From Perna viridis (lineage: Eukaryota), in NCBI GenBank assembly GCA_037379345.1, contig CM074519.1, positions 41,770,851 to 41,834,850 of the forward strand: a stretch of 64,000 nt of DNA, given 5' to 3'. Shown piece after piece: positions 46,801 through 60,000 of this stretch (position 1 is the first letter of the stretch; the number at the start of each line of letters is the position of its first letter). Made by a program: the position numbers and the translations under genes. The notes below the pieces were generated by a model, which made no database searches, was not told where the DNA came from, and worked only from the letters and a program-made list of their open reading frames with translations.

Positions 46801-49800
46801 GGTACATTACAAAGGCAGGAGACTATGTAAACAACTATTTTATAGGGCATCCATTATAATGGAATTTTATTGTTCTGAAATCTTTTATTTTAACACTGAA
46901 CTATGAAAAATAGATGTATAATACCAATTATGAAAATGAAGGTCAATGAGTGCTTAGCTTTCTGATTTGTTCCCAAGAATACAAACTTCAACTGAAAAGT
47001 TTTGTATAAAATTTACTTTTTTGGCTTCCATTGATTAAAATAGAAAAAGGCAAAAATGCCAACTAAAAGGGAGAATATTAAAGGGGATATCCATGGACAT
47101 ATTAGATGGGAGAGGCAACTCTTTGGAGGGTATCACATAATACCTTGTCATTTCATTCATGAGGCCAGGTACAAAAACATGTACGAGAGCATATCATCTG
47201 ACAAGGACAAACAACAAAAAAGACAAAAAATATAAGTTCACACAGAAGCTGTGAGCCCTGTCAAGTACCCTCCCTCCCCCGAAAAAAAAGTAAATAAAAA
47301 TGCACAAAAAATTTTGCACTATCAAGGCTATCTCAAGTTTAACAAAGTTTGTGTCTTTTGTAACCCATCTATTTCTATCTTTTTTGAAACACACTTTTCT
47401 GACAAGGTTACCAAGTACCTTTATTTTTATTAGTCAGCTGCTTACGCTTTTTTTAAAGAGTAAAATGGAAACGGAAAATTTGACATTTATACAAATAAAA
47501 TGGGAGCTTAAATCAATAGGTATGAATAATACACCAAAGTTTCATAAAAGTTGAGGAAAGTGTTTTTGAGTTATTGCGCAAAAACTTGAAAATCTCCCTT
47601 TTTTTAAGTATAAAATTCATAACACAGAAACAAAAAATCTGAAATTAATAAAAATCGAAAGGAAGCTTATGTCAATAGATATGAACAATTCATTAAAGTT
47701 TCATTAAAGTCGGTGAAAGCATTTTTGAGTTATTGTCCAAAGTATGGACAACAGTATACCATAATACGTTCTGTCTTAGACGGGTGTATAAAAAATGTCA
47801 CCAATTTATTTTTTATGTTTTTTTTTTTTAGATTTGAATAGGATTTGTAAGTTTACACTATCAGTTCCCTTTGAAGCATCTGCAAGAATACCACTTATGT
47901 TCTCTTGTGGTGCTTTTAAAACTGACCTAATAATTCATTTTTTCATGATAATTAATCAATAACACTTCACAACTTATATGTATTTTGTTCCAACTTTATT
48001 TATGATCAAAGGACAAGACAATTTGTTTTTTTTTAGAAACTGTAAAAATTCTACAACAGTGAAACAGAGATGTAGGGAAATTTCCAATAATCAACCACTA
48101 AAGTAAATATTTTACAACAAGGAAATCAACTAGAAATATTGTGAACAAACACTTAAAGAGAATATGCTTCAAATTGAGTTCAATGATTTAATGTTAAAAG
48201 CTCTTTAATTGTACAATGTATTACAAAAATGTATCTCCCTTTGGAGACATCAGACAGTAATAATATCCCTCCATCTACATATGATGCCAAACCTTCTTAT
48301 AAAATTTTATCATAAGCCACTGGGAAGAGTTGCACTTGTGAGGCTTTAGCATGTAAAACCCTTAAGTTGGATTATCTCCCTTTGGAGTCCTCCAACAAAT
48401 AATGCATCTTAATGCTCATCTACCAATGCATGATGCCTTATCTTCCTGTAAAAATTAATCAAACTCCTTTGATTGGTTTAGGAGGAGTGACACTAAGATG
48501 GATTATCTCCCTTTGGAATCATTTCATCAAATTCCTTTGAGTGGCTTAGGTAGAGTTGTGCTTACAAGATGTAATGCCAGACGGACAAACAGACTGATAT
48601 GGTGATTCCTATATACCCCTAAATTTTGGGCTATGAAAGGGTAAAATCACATCAGCTCCTTCTCCTGGTTTTGGGACAGATGTTTAAAAATATTTAAAAA
48701 TGTGTTTTTTTAACTCATTGTTGATCTATTTTATTATGCTGTGTTGTCACTGTAAAGTGATCAAAGTACAGAATATTGCAGAACATGTGAGGTTGTCTAA
48801 AATAAAATATTACTTTTACAGAAGCAGGATTTAGTCTTCATGGCTTAAACAAATTAGAGCAGTTAAGGTTTTTTTTCCATTTTTTCTATTAAGGGAAACA
48901 CTCAACAAACTCTATTCACTTTCAGAACAATATTAACATCACAAGACGAATACCATCAAACAAAGACCATAATGGGCAGGAACTATGGACAATAAATATG
49001 TTTGAAGATCAAACTAAACAGACTTATCTTGAGCTTGTCTTTATATAATCAATCACTATTAGTCAAACTGTTGGGATAAAGAGATTTAACCTAATATTTC
49101 TACCCTTTTCCATAAAATGTCAAATTGGTATTTAATCACTCTATTCCCTTTCTGTCAACATTCTTTAAAAAATCTAGAATTCTATAAAAGTATAACAGAC
49201 CAATCGACACAGACAGAGCAGCAGTGACGTCCTACATATGTAGATCCACTGTCAAAACATGTCTTTCTGCCGAGAGTGACATATGCAATTAGGATGTGAT
49301 TGTTTGAACTTTTGATACACTCGTCATGTGCACATTCCCATTGGTAATGATTGAGACATTAGTGATATAACAATATAACATCACATGATCAATTTGAGTA
49401 CATTTGTATATGTATAAATGTAGCTCTATCCCTAATAGGCAAACCCTAAAATAATATTAAATAAAATTACTTGAGTGTATATGTATATTTTGATGGTCAT
49501 CTTTCTTCAAAATAATTGATGCAATTTACTAATCAATCAGGCAACAGTGGATTCATGGTTCCAATAGCAGCTAGCTATAGTTCCTGTCGGCTCTGCTTTT
49601 GTAAATTTACTTCAATCCATACATTTATAATGAAAATGGATAAGGTGAATTTGTCAAAGAGACAACAACCTCTTTATCTGTCACTTAACGTTTAGTATTT
49701 GACGACACAGAAATTACTGATGTCCAATGCATTTGGTTGTTGTTGAGTTTGAATACTTACATGATGCTATCAAAATGTGTGAATATTCCTCCTTCTCTGT

Positions 49801-52800
49801 CTGGGAATAGATACGGAACTTAATTTGTGTAACTGGTAATGGATGCTTCAATAAGTCATCGTCCTGTAAACTGTATAACATCTGACTGTTGTGTGCATTA
49901 AATATCTGAAACAATAAAATTACAGCAAGTTACACATGTTGTGCTAAGTATATCCCCACTCATGTGTAGAAATTATGCATGTTGTGCTGAGTATATCCCA
50001 CTCTAATGTAGAAGTTACATGTGTTGTGCTAAGTATATCCCCACTTATATGTTGAAGTTACATGTGTTGTGTTAAGTTTATCTGCACTCTTATGAAGAAG
50101 TTTCATGTGTTGTGCTAAGTATATGCCCACTTGTATATAGAAGTTACATGTGTTGTGCTAAATATATGCCCACTCGTACTGAGAAATTATTCATGTTGTG
50201 CTAAATATATGCCCACTCGTACTGAGAAATTATTCATGTTGTGCTAAATATATCCCCACTTGTATGTAGAAGTTACATGTGTTGTGCTAAGTATATCCCC
50301 TCTTGTATGTAGAAGTTACATGTGTTAAGTACATCTCCACTTGTTTGTAGAAGTTACTCGTTGTGCTAAGTATATCCCAACTTGTATGTAGAAGTTACAT
50401 GTGTTAGTATATCTCCTCTTGTATGTGGAAGTTACACATGTAATGCTAAGAATATCCCCACTTGTATGTAGAAGTTACTTGAGTTAAGTATATCTTCACT
50501 TGTAGGTAGAAGTTACACATGTAATGCTAAGTATATCCCAACTCCTATGTAGAAGTCACAGGTGTTGTGCTAGATGTATTCCCAGTCATAAACATGTAAC
50601 AGTTGATATTAGACAGCAACCAAAAACAATGCATGTCCCATAAATGAAAACCACCTGCCAAATTGGTAAACAATCTGTCCATATAAAGGTGTGGAGATAA
50701 TTGTTATAGAACTTATACAGGACAGAATCATGGACAAGGACTAAGGTTATTTCAACATACAACCTTCTTGTTGAGTGGGATATAATTTACACATCTTAAT
50801 TAAGGCCTAGTTACGAATAGCATGTCTGTTTCCTGCTTGCCAAAAATCCTAAACATTTAATGTCCATTTTGGATCCTGCACCTTTAAATTATATTCTATT
50901 TTTGAAAAGTAAAATAATTCTCCTACAAATGTACCTGTATCAACCCTATTTCTATCTTGCTGGTAGCAGGAAAGAAGAATTATAATCATATATCAATATA
51001 ATCAGCAGCAGTGTGGTAATGAAGGATGATAAGTTTAGGTTCTTACATTGAGTACCAACTATACATGCATAAAACCAAGGAACTTCTACTAAAAACTTGT
51101 CTGAATCCTGTGAAAAATAATTTTAAAAAATGACATCTTTTTTAAAATGTGATTATGAAATTTTGTTTCAGCACAGTACACACAGTATTAAGAATTTCTC
51201 TTATTGTTATTCATTGTAATAACAACCAAATTTCCAATGAAAAGCAATTTAATAGAAATTCCAAACTTCACATATGACATCAAATTTTCATTGTAAAAAG
51301 ACATGTTAAAACATCTCTTATTGAGAAATAACATTTCAGATGAAAATTCAATTTGAATAAATAAAAGGAGATGGTCCAAAACAAATTATGTTTTCATATA
51401 TCTACTTTATGGTATCATTAAAAAGTCATACATATCATAACATTATGTAACAATTTTTAAGAGGAAAAAAATGGAGTGTTAAAACATCTATTTATGTAAA
51501 TATGGAAGTTTTATAAGTTTTTATAGCTGTTCTCTTCTAACAGTTGGGGTCATATAAATCTGAAAGTTCAATATTTACTTCCAATAGAATTTCCTCCCTA
51601 AACAAACAGAATTTCTCGAACAATTAGGCTGTGCAAATGTTGAACAAAAATTATACTGGTACTTCAATTTATCAAAACTTATCTAACTTTATAAGGGACC
51701 ATCATTGTATAGATTTCAACAGCTTATTGATCAGTTGATTAAAAACAGGTGTCAAAAGGATAAAAATATTAACCAAAGTTAATTACAAACCTCAACCAAT
51801 CTACACTAGAAATATATATTTTTAAATTAAGAAGTGTTTTAAGTCATACAATGTCATACATATTAACCACTTAAATCCGTCAATAATCACGAAGTGCACT
51901 GCACTGTACAAAGCAATATACAAAAGCAGGTGATGTTTGTTCATAAAATTAAATGCTTGAGAATTTGTAAACATTGCAATCTACCTTGAGTATGTGTGGT
52001 CTAATTAAAAGACTAGTGTATGTAAGAAGTTTTTTTTCACAAAGAACTGCAGACATAATTCTCAGATAAGAACTCAAAAATATGTCATCATAGATCCATC
52101 ACATCAACAAAAGGAATAGAAACATTAGCCCTGTGGTCCTTTCTACATTATTCTTAACCCATTTAAATGTTGAACACTGTTCCAACATCCAGGACAAATA
52201 ATAAATTACATAAGATCTATAAACCTCCCTTTTTGGATGGCACAATTGAGGTTGTCAAAACAAGCAGACCCCAATCTCCTCTGCATGCAGATCTAGTAAA
52301 TACTTTTTGATTTCCTACATACATTTTTGTACATGTATCACTTAGCTAGATAAATGACATACTTGTAGCTCTGTTTTCAAGAATTTGAAAATTTACAGTA
52401 AACGAGGCTGTGACGTCAATGAAGCTGCCCATGGTGTACTGTAATAATTTACGTAAAGAGGGAGAACTTAGTTTCGTATGAGCGTGCTTCAAGCTTCAAT
52501 ATATACATGTAATAATAATCAGGTATGACATCAGGGAACCTCATTTATTGCTCACATGGCCCTTGGATCATGTGTCAGCTATTGCCATTTCTTGGGTAAT
52601 GTTGTAAACCATTGACAGCTTTTCAAAATCTTAGACTCTGAAACTACTGAGCAGTTTTCTTTTGACAGTTAGATTGTTCCTTGGGATATCCTTGATAATG
52701 CGAAAAGTTGTGATTTAATTTTTGATAAGACTTCTATTTGGAGATACTGTCCTTGAATGTTAAAAAAATACCAGTATCCATTTTGTAGTTTTAGCTTAAT

Positions 52801-55800
52801 ATTAAATACGAACACTAACAGATGGGAAGAGGTCTCATTTAAAGGAATAATCTTTCATTCATGACATCAATAATTCATATTATGGAAAAAATGAGTTCCA
52901 GGTTAGTGATGTTGGTGGATTAATTTTTTAACCTGGGATAGGTTATAAACGTACAGGTGCATAGTAATTATAAAGCACCAAGGACTGCATGTACAGTGAC
53001 GTCTACAACCCTTATACTGAATTACATGGTGAAAACTACAGTTCAGCTTTTTACAAAAGACTACTTAGCATAACATATTTCAAATTAGTTTTTTGAATAT
53101 CTTAAATTTTTAGTGTTTACAATCTTAAGTTCTACTGTTTGTTGCAAAGCACTAGTGTTTTTAGAATCACCCATAAACTTGGCAAATACCTTGACCATGC
53201 TGTTTGTCATGCAGGTATAAACATTACAAAAGGTTTGGCTTTATTTTCAGATTTCTAAAACATGTAAACATGGGTGCCTTAATATTTAATTATAACAAGC
53301 TATTAAAGTCAACATATTTTAAACCCCTACATAAATGTGTCTGGTGACATCTTATTATCTTTTACTACACAATCTTCATTGCATTATCAAGTTTTGAAAT
53401 GTTTCCAAGACCTTTATATCTCGTGAATAACATGGGTTCAATCCTACCTTTACTCAGATTTTTGCAGGGTTGCAGTACACTTGATTAAATCTAATGTAAA
53501 TTGATTTGATAAATTGTCTTGAATTTGGGATTATATTCAAAATCCTTGGTGCACCAAGTGCAGCAAAACAATATTTAACTACAGAATGAAAATAGAAATC
53601 TCTCCATAAGCCTATATATCCTAGATTTTCATCCCCCTTCCAACCCAATTTTTTCATCCTCCCCGAAAAATTTTATTCTGGTTTATATCCAAATTTCGGT
53701 CAACTTCTTTCAAATTGACGGCATTTTTCATTCAAACTGATAAAAAATGGAAACCAATACTATATTTTTCTAGAGTCATTACTAAATATTTGATGCATTT
53801 TTACATATGTTGAAGAAAATAAAATATACTGTTTATTGTTACTGAAAGTACTCTACTAAATGATGCTAAAAGATTTGAAATAAGTTTCACATATCCCATA
53901 GCAGTGTGTGCACCAAGAGACAAAGGAATGATACAAGTACAGGCAAAATCATATCATTAGTGTTTCATCTGAACATTTTCTCATAATTTCCTTGAAAACT
54001 AAATGAAAAATATAAAATCCTCCATAGAGACAAACTTAAAAAATATACATGTAGGATGGCTAACAACAGATAGCACACACTTAATTTTCCATTTTAAATT
54101 CTCACTCCCTACATGTATTTGCTACTTTTGACATTAATTGGCATTAGAATGTCAATGTTTAATAGCCACATACATGTATTGTTGTATGACATGTCTACAC
54201 AAGTCTACTATGTTTTTCACTATTTTCAACATAATATTACAACTTAACCATAATATGCACAGTTTATTGTTTAAAAATGATCTGATTTCATAGTATGCAA
54301 TTTTTGATCATTTGTTAAAAAATGATATGGTTGTGTTTGCCAGTCATTAGATTCTGTTCTTTTTTTAAAACTCCAGACTTTTTTTAGAAGAAAAAAAAAC
54401 ACATTTGATGTTACATTCTTTTGTTGTTCTCTAACTTTTGAAATTCAATTTATGTCACACAATGTGATAAATTGAATTCAACAATAATTTTGATACATGA
54501 AAATGTATATAATATACTTTTTGGAAAGGGAATATTTTGTTACCCTGAGAATATTGCAGTGTTAAGGTTCTATAATAATAAACTTTATTTAGTACATTGT
54601 ACTTTAGCCTTAATAGCAAGCACTGCTGAGTAACACAAAGTGACTGTCCTTATAGAGAAAATTTAACATAATCTTAAGCCAAACAAATAAAAATGTTTGA
54701 TGAAAGATCATGTCTCAATAAAATTAAGTTAATCTTTTCTGATAGTCTTGAGGTCTTCTCTTAATTTTTTTTTTATCTAATAAAAAGAAAAGAATATGGT
54801 TTTAAAAAAAAAGTTTGGGAAATGCATGTACACATCTTTCTCTGCTGTTTTGCTCCAATGGCTGTTAAAAAACTTAGCCAGCCTAAGAAAAAATATAGCT
54901 TCAATTGTTTTATCCTAATCAAAGCATAACTTATCTAAGATAGGAAAAGCATTCAATATATTCTTGAAATAGATGCCCAGTTGCATCTAAAATTGTTTAC
55001 GTCAAAACTTATGTGTAAAATATTACCACTTTCCATGGAGAACTGACATTGTTCCAGAAGCATAAAAATTATTAAAAAAAATGATATGGCTGGAGCTACT
55101 CATGAGGGTAAAATAAAATTTCAAGTATGGTAAATTACAAGGTGCTCGCTTTTATAGGCCATGCCTACTTCATATTAATTACACTGACCTTAATGACACC
55201 ATCTTTCTGGCCTACAGCAATAAGGCTGCCATCAGCACTAAATTTACAGCACATTACATCATTTGTGCATTCTCTGAAATTAAAATTAAAAAAAAATATC
55301 CAGAGAAATCTTTATACAAATGTTTGTAAAGATTAATGGTATAAAAAATAATTATAATGAATCTCTTAAAAAAGAAACCGACCTTGAAAAACATAACTTA
55401 GCTAAATTAAGTATATAAGAAAAATCTTCATTGTTCTAATTCTAATTCTGAAATTTCAGGTATCATGGAAATGGTGGTTCATGAAAATCTGTATTGATGA
55501 ATGCTAAGAATTAAACCAATCTTTCAAAAAAATTAACTGATATTACTTTTAACCAGTTCAATAAATATTTACAAACACCTAGTAATTTTCTGATTAGGGC
55601 ATATACCGGTACATGTAATCTTATATTTTATAAACAAAATAGTCTTTGTAACCATGCCACTTATCCAGTTTTAAAAACATAAAACAATGTTAGCTCCACT
55701 AAACAAAAAACAACAATAAGTGCAATTCTTAAGTAACAATGATTCAAATTTTATATGAAATCAGGAATTTACATTTCAAGATGCAAACCTAAAAAAAGTG

Positions 55801-56716
55801 ATTTTCATTTAAAAAAAAGTAAACGTATATATACTGTACATTATCTACCCTGTATCAACAATGATCCAATGGAGTATGTAGAGAACATTCTGAGATGTAC
55901 ATACATGTAATGTATACTGGTCAGAGAGTTCATCTTGCCATTTTCAAGACAATTCTCACTGACTCAACAAAATTCTATCCCTCAATGAAATAGAAAATCT
56001 TTTATGAGAGCAAAATATCAGCATTCTGTTTGATATTTTTATTTTTGAATTTTGGGCATGAACTTGTTTCACAAGAGAGGACAAAAAATCAGTTGGCGAG
56101 AATAACTTGACCAGAACATGTACATAATGCACAACATATAGTGATAATGTATTGAAACCTTTCGGTAAAAAGTTAGGGTTCCCAAAAGTACATGTAGTTA
56201 CAAAGCCCCTGCAAAGTTGACTACCTATGTCACAGTCTGTGAAATGAAAACTGAGATGCATGAATGATTTATAGTAACTAAGGAAACCAGTCCTGGGGTT
56301 AAAATTATCTGTAGTCAAAAACACACAATTTCTAATGCAGGAATTTTGAAATATCATTAACCTTTGTCCTGGACCTACCATATTTATGATCACTCACTTT
56401 CTTGACCTTTCATTTCAGTTGCAAAAAACAATTCACTTTTAATTTGAACATCTGCAGACCAAAGGCTATGATCTACCTAATGGTCAATGAGTCTACCTAA
56501 AAGGTTGTCAATCCAATTTGACAATAAAATCCTCTTATTGACTGCAACCGATTCGTGTCATTTCATCTACAAATACATGTATGGGATACAAAAATGTACT
56601 TACAGAGTGTCGATTAGTTTCAAATTTCCCTCCAAGTAGGGACCTGTCTTGGAATTTTGTGACAGATTTGTCTTATCGGACAGACTGCTTTCTGGTCTGG
56701 GACTGAGCATAAACAT
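40811..56716 (-). CDS. WD40-repeat protein, paralog B (complete, 10 coding exons, about 354 aa)
   Basis: Exons 56716-56604, 55273-55189, 49905-49761, 45780-45591, 45302-45194, 44801-44770, 44153-44054, 43369-43304, 42644-42552 and 40942-40811 (1065 nt, ends in TAG). Motifs DVMCCKFSADGSLIAVGQKDGVIKIF, DGHHFRVFAAIYHP..VFLSGGWDNTVHYWDDR, HGPHICGDALDID, ILTGSWRKNEVLQIWDF and LYCCQWLG. Confidence 0.92.
41493..41700. repeat. About 200-bp imperfect palindrome (foldback element), with a further 26-bp palindrome at 41838-41863
   Basis: AGTTGTCGATAAACTAGTCAATATTGTGATATTTAGACTGCTCACAGGACAGTG pairs with CACTGTCCTGTGGGCAGTGTAAATATCACGATATTGACCAGTTTATCAACAACT. The short palindrome is GTGATAATGCCCGCGGGCATTATCAC. 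Confidence 0.8.
42014..42588 (-). repeat. 45-bp tandem array made of the WD-B exon 9 3' end plus GTAAGT donor (about 10 near-identical and 2 decayed copies)
   Basis: Sense unit GTAAGTAAAAACTGAGTCAAAGTAGTAGATATAGGAACACTTAGT versus exon end AACTTAGCCAAAGTAGTTGATAGAGGAACACTTAGT|GTAAGT. Confidence 0.95.
42712..42858. repeat. 29-bp tandem repeat x5
   Basis: AGAAAATCAATATAGTGGACCAACACAGC. Confidence 0.95.
47440..47795 (+). mobile_element. Helentron-like non-autonomous element remnant
   Basis: Two internal ~165-bp units and a 3' hairpin ATACGTTCTGTCTTAGACGGGTGTAT followed by A's. Confidence 0.5.
49927..50580. repeat. About 38-43-bp minisatellite, about 15 units, abutting the acceptor of WD-B exon 3
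   Basis: AGAAGTTACATGTGTTGTGCTAAGTATATCCCCACTTGTATGT. Confidence 0.93.
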
Positions 56717-57009
56717 TCTGGCTGTTTACACATTAATTATTCTTCGAAGATGAAATGTCCTCACTGAACGTCGTCTGCAGCAATTTAACGTGCCCAACTA
56801 TTTCCGTGTGTTTCCACTGTAAACGATACAGATTCGCACCGAATAGGTGAGAAGCAAATAACAGATTTAAACAAAAGCACAAGATAAAAAGCAGTCAAAA
56901 AATAATAAATCAAGAAAAAAAAAAACACAAGAAGGAACAATTATTATTTTTTACTTTTATTTAAAAAAAAATCAACTATTTTTTTTTATTTTCAGTGCGA
57001 GATTTCAAG
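56717..57009. promoter_or_regulatory. Putative bidirectional promoter between WD40 gene B and SETD6
   Basis: The two start codons diverge only 293 bp apart and the interval is locally richer in CpG. A probable short SETD6 5'-UTR intron runs from GTGAGA at 56847 to polyT-CAG at 56995. Confidence 0.6.
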
Positions 57010-60000
57010 ATGTCTGCGCCCATGAAAAGACCGGCAGGTCATTCTAACATCTCGATACCTGTGAAACTTTCGACTTTTAAGGCGAATAATGATAAAGTTG
57101 ATGTTTTCAAAAAATGGATGACCTCAAATGAGTTCAATTTGAACTCTAAGGTATCTTATTTTGTTATCATGGCACTTGTTTAAAAAAGTTATTAAGTCGC
57201 CGACCACGAAGTGGCGGTGACTTCTTTTGAACTCTAAGCCTAAGGCATCTTATTTTGGTATCATGGCACTTGTTTAAAAAGTTATTAAGTCGCCGACCAC
57301 GAAGTGGCGGTGACTTCTTCTTCTTCTCATGTCATAAAAATTATTGAAAGTGTCTGCCCTTTTTCTGGCTGGTCTGATTTAGATGAAACTTTTCCAGAAG
57401 TTGGAATGACTTTGAAGGATGCAGGACTGCCGCCATTTTTTAAGAATGACCACCTGACTAAAGGTGCACATTTTACGCAGGAAGTTTGAATTTCTTATTT
57501 CTTGAAAGCTGCTGATCAGAATTTGACCAAACAAACTTGGTATATACTGTAACAGGAGAGCATAATTTGACTCACAAAATTATACGTCGCCACCGAGGAT
57601 CAAACCCTAGACTGCCCAGTGACAAACTGCTTCGGCTAAAGAATTAATCCTTTAGCCAAGTCAATTAACTGGCTATTTAAATGTCACAACCTACTACAAT
57701 GCAGATTGGCCGTCCTGCCCAATTTCTTCCACCTTAAGAGTCTTCGTACCACAAATGTTATCAAAACAGCTGCCAACGTGGTGGAAAATTCAAATTTGTC
57801 CGATTTTGATGAAAATTGATATCTAATAAAGATTAACTTTCCCACAGTATCATGAAATTATAAACACAGGTGCATAGATATATGGCACTGACCACCAGTA
57901 GCTTTTGTTTATTTACTATCTAACTATTAGACTAAAGATACGTAATTTGATAGCTGTTACAAATTATACTCGGCGTCACATAAATAACATACTGTTAAAA
58001 TTTGAATAAAAATATTTTCTACGACTTTATTGACACCAACCGTCGTTTAAATTGTCTTAAATGACTTGCTCATTCGTTTAGATAAACAGCTTCTCAAAAA
58101 CAAGTCGCTTATAAGCTTAAATGATGCGTAACAAATCCTTACGGGAAAATAAGCTTAAATCATGCGTAACAAATCCTTACGGGAAAATCCCATACTAATA
58201 TCTGCCATGTTGGTTTTTACAGGACGATTTGTTTACAAACGAAGTTCGTAAGTTCCCGTCGAACTCCGGTGACAATCGTCTGCTTGATCAATTTCTCGGT
58301 ATTGTACGTTGTTCACGTAAAATAAATCCGAGATATCCGAAATAACGCCGAAGTGCATTCTGGGTTCTTCGGTTTTTGGACAAACCATTTAAACGTAAAC
58401 AACATCTCCTAGCAACCCGATCACTGTATACATGGCCGACTTTTTACAATGTAAATATTGGCACCTAGAATTAAAATCTGACCGGAATTTAACGATTCAA
58501 TGTTTAGGGAGAAGCCGTTTGGCTAAACGAATGAGCAAGTCATTTAAGACAATTTAAACGACGGTAGGTGTCAATAAAGTCGTAGAAAATATTTTTATTC
58601 AAATTTTAACAGTATGTTATTTATGTGAGGCCGACTATAATTAAGTTGATACTACATATTTACATCATATGAAATGTAATTACTACTTTAGATCAGATCT
58701 AGAGAGAGAGAGAACAAGCTCTAACATCAGAGCAATTAACATCTATATTGTATTAGAACATCAAAATTAATCTAATAAAAAGTGAACTTTATTTTTGGAC
58801 TTAGTATTGTTGCAGGAAAAAGGGCGACGGTGACAAAACATATCATACAATACAAAAACCTCTCGCAAAGTAAATTAAATGAACCTACCTTTCCAGAATG
58901 TATGTTAAAAAATATTACAAATACTTCATGATTTTTCCTTTAAAAAGATTATTTTTATAGGACTTAATTGTTGCATTGATACAGTAGCATTATGGTACTG
59001 TTCATATTCCACAAAAGCCATTCAACTTTATTCGGACATAACAAATTTTCAATTTTGATGTTTTCAGGAGCGGATTCCCCCTCAATTTTTAATGTATGGA
59101 TGGTACTGATAAAACATTTTATGTCTCATAATTAAAAACTTGCATATTTTACAAATAGTGGTGTTGATTTCATTAGGTATCATTTTGATGACTTAATATG
59201 TTGTTGATTTGCATTGATCAGGTGTCAACTGGGATTAAATTCTACAACCCCACTTACATGTACATTGTAACAATAAAAATATTCTGAGTATTAATAGCAG
59301 TCTTATCAGGAAGAAAAATATTTGTTGCATTTTGTTGAGCCACTGTAACATGTTAGGGATTTGGTATCTACTGTATGATGTTTCCTCAGTTGGGAAAACA
59401 AACCAATATTTTTTCTCTAAATATTGGTAAATATCATCATACACCCATATGCCTGGTATTCTGTAGGTTTCAATAGAGACAGAGGGGTCATGTGCGCAGT
59501 ATGGTGCTGTAGCAGTTGATGATATAAAGGAAGGAGAATGCTTGTTTCAGATACCAAGGTCATGTCTACTGAAGCCAGAAACATCTGCTATCTCTAAACA
59601 AATCCATCATGGTAGGTTTTAAATAGTATTTAATTACACAGTCTATGAATACACAAACTTTCCTAGAACAAAGAGGACTCAGGGAAGTATATTTTGTCTA
59701 TTTCACACTCTCTTCCGCCCTGTTATGTAGATATGACTCTCTTTCTTGTTTATAGCTTGGGATGTTAATGAATACTGCCTGTGCTTTAACCACAAGCCAG
59801 ACATACATAATAACTTCGCCTCAGTCCTTTTTTTAAAGTAATCAAAAGGCAGTAATTTCAACCTGCTATAGTTAAAGGGTAAAAATTAGGAAATACAAGC
59901 TGATAGTCCAGACCATATTATTGTTTAATATTTTTGTGTATGTTCAACTAAAAATACCCAAAAGTTTGGAAGCCCAGTTCAAAACCCTTTGGCCATGGGC

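Noticed and set aside
55956-56393. 145-aa minus-strand ORF in WD-B intron 1
   Set aside because: No recognisable motifs or splice support, and WD-B exons 1 and 2 join in frame without it.
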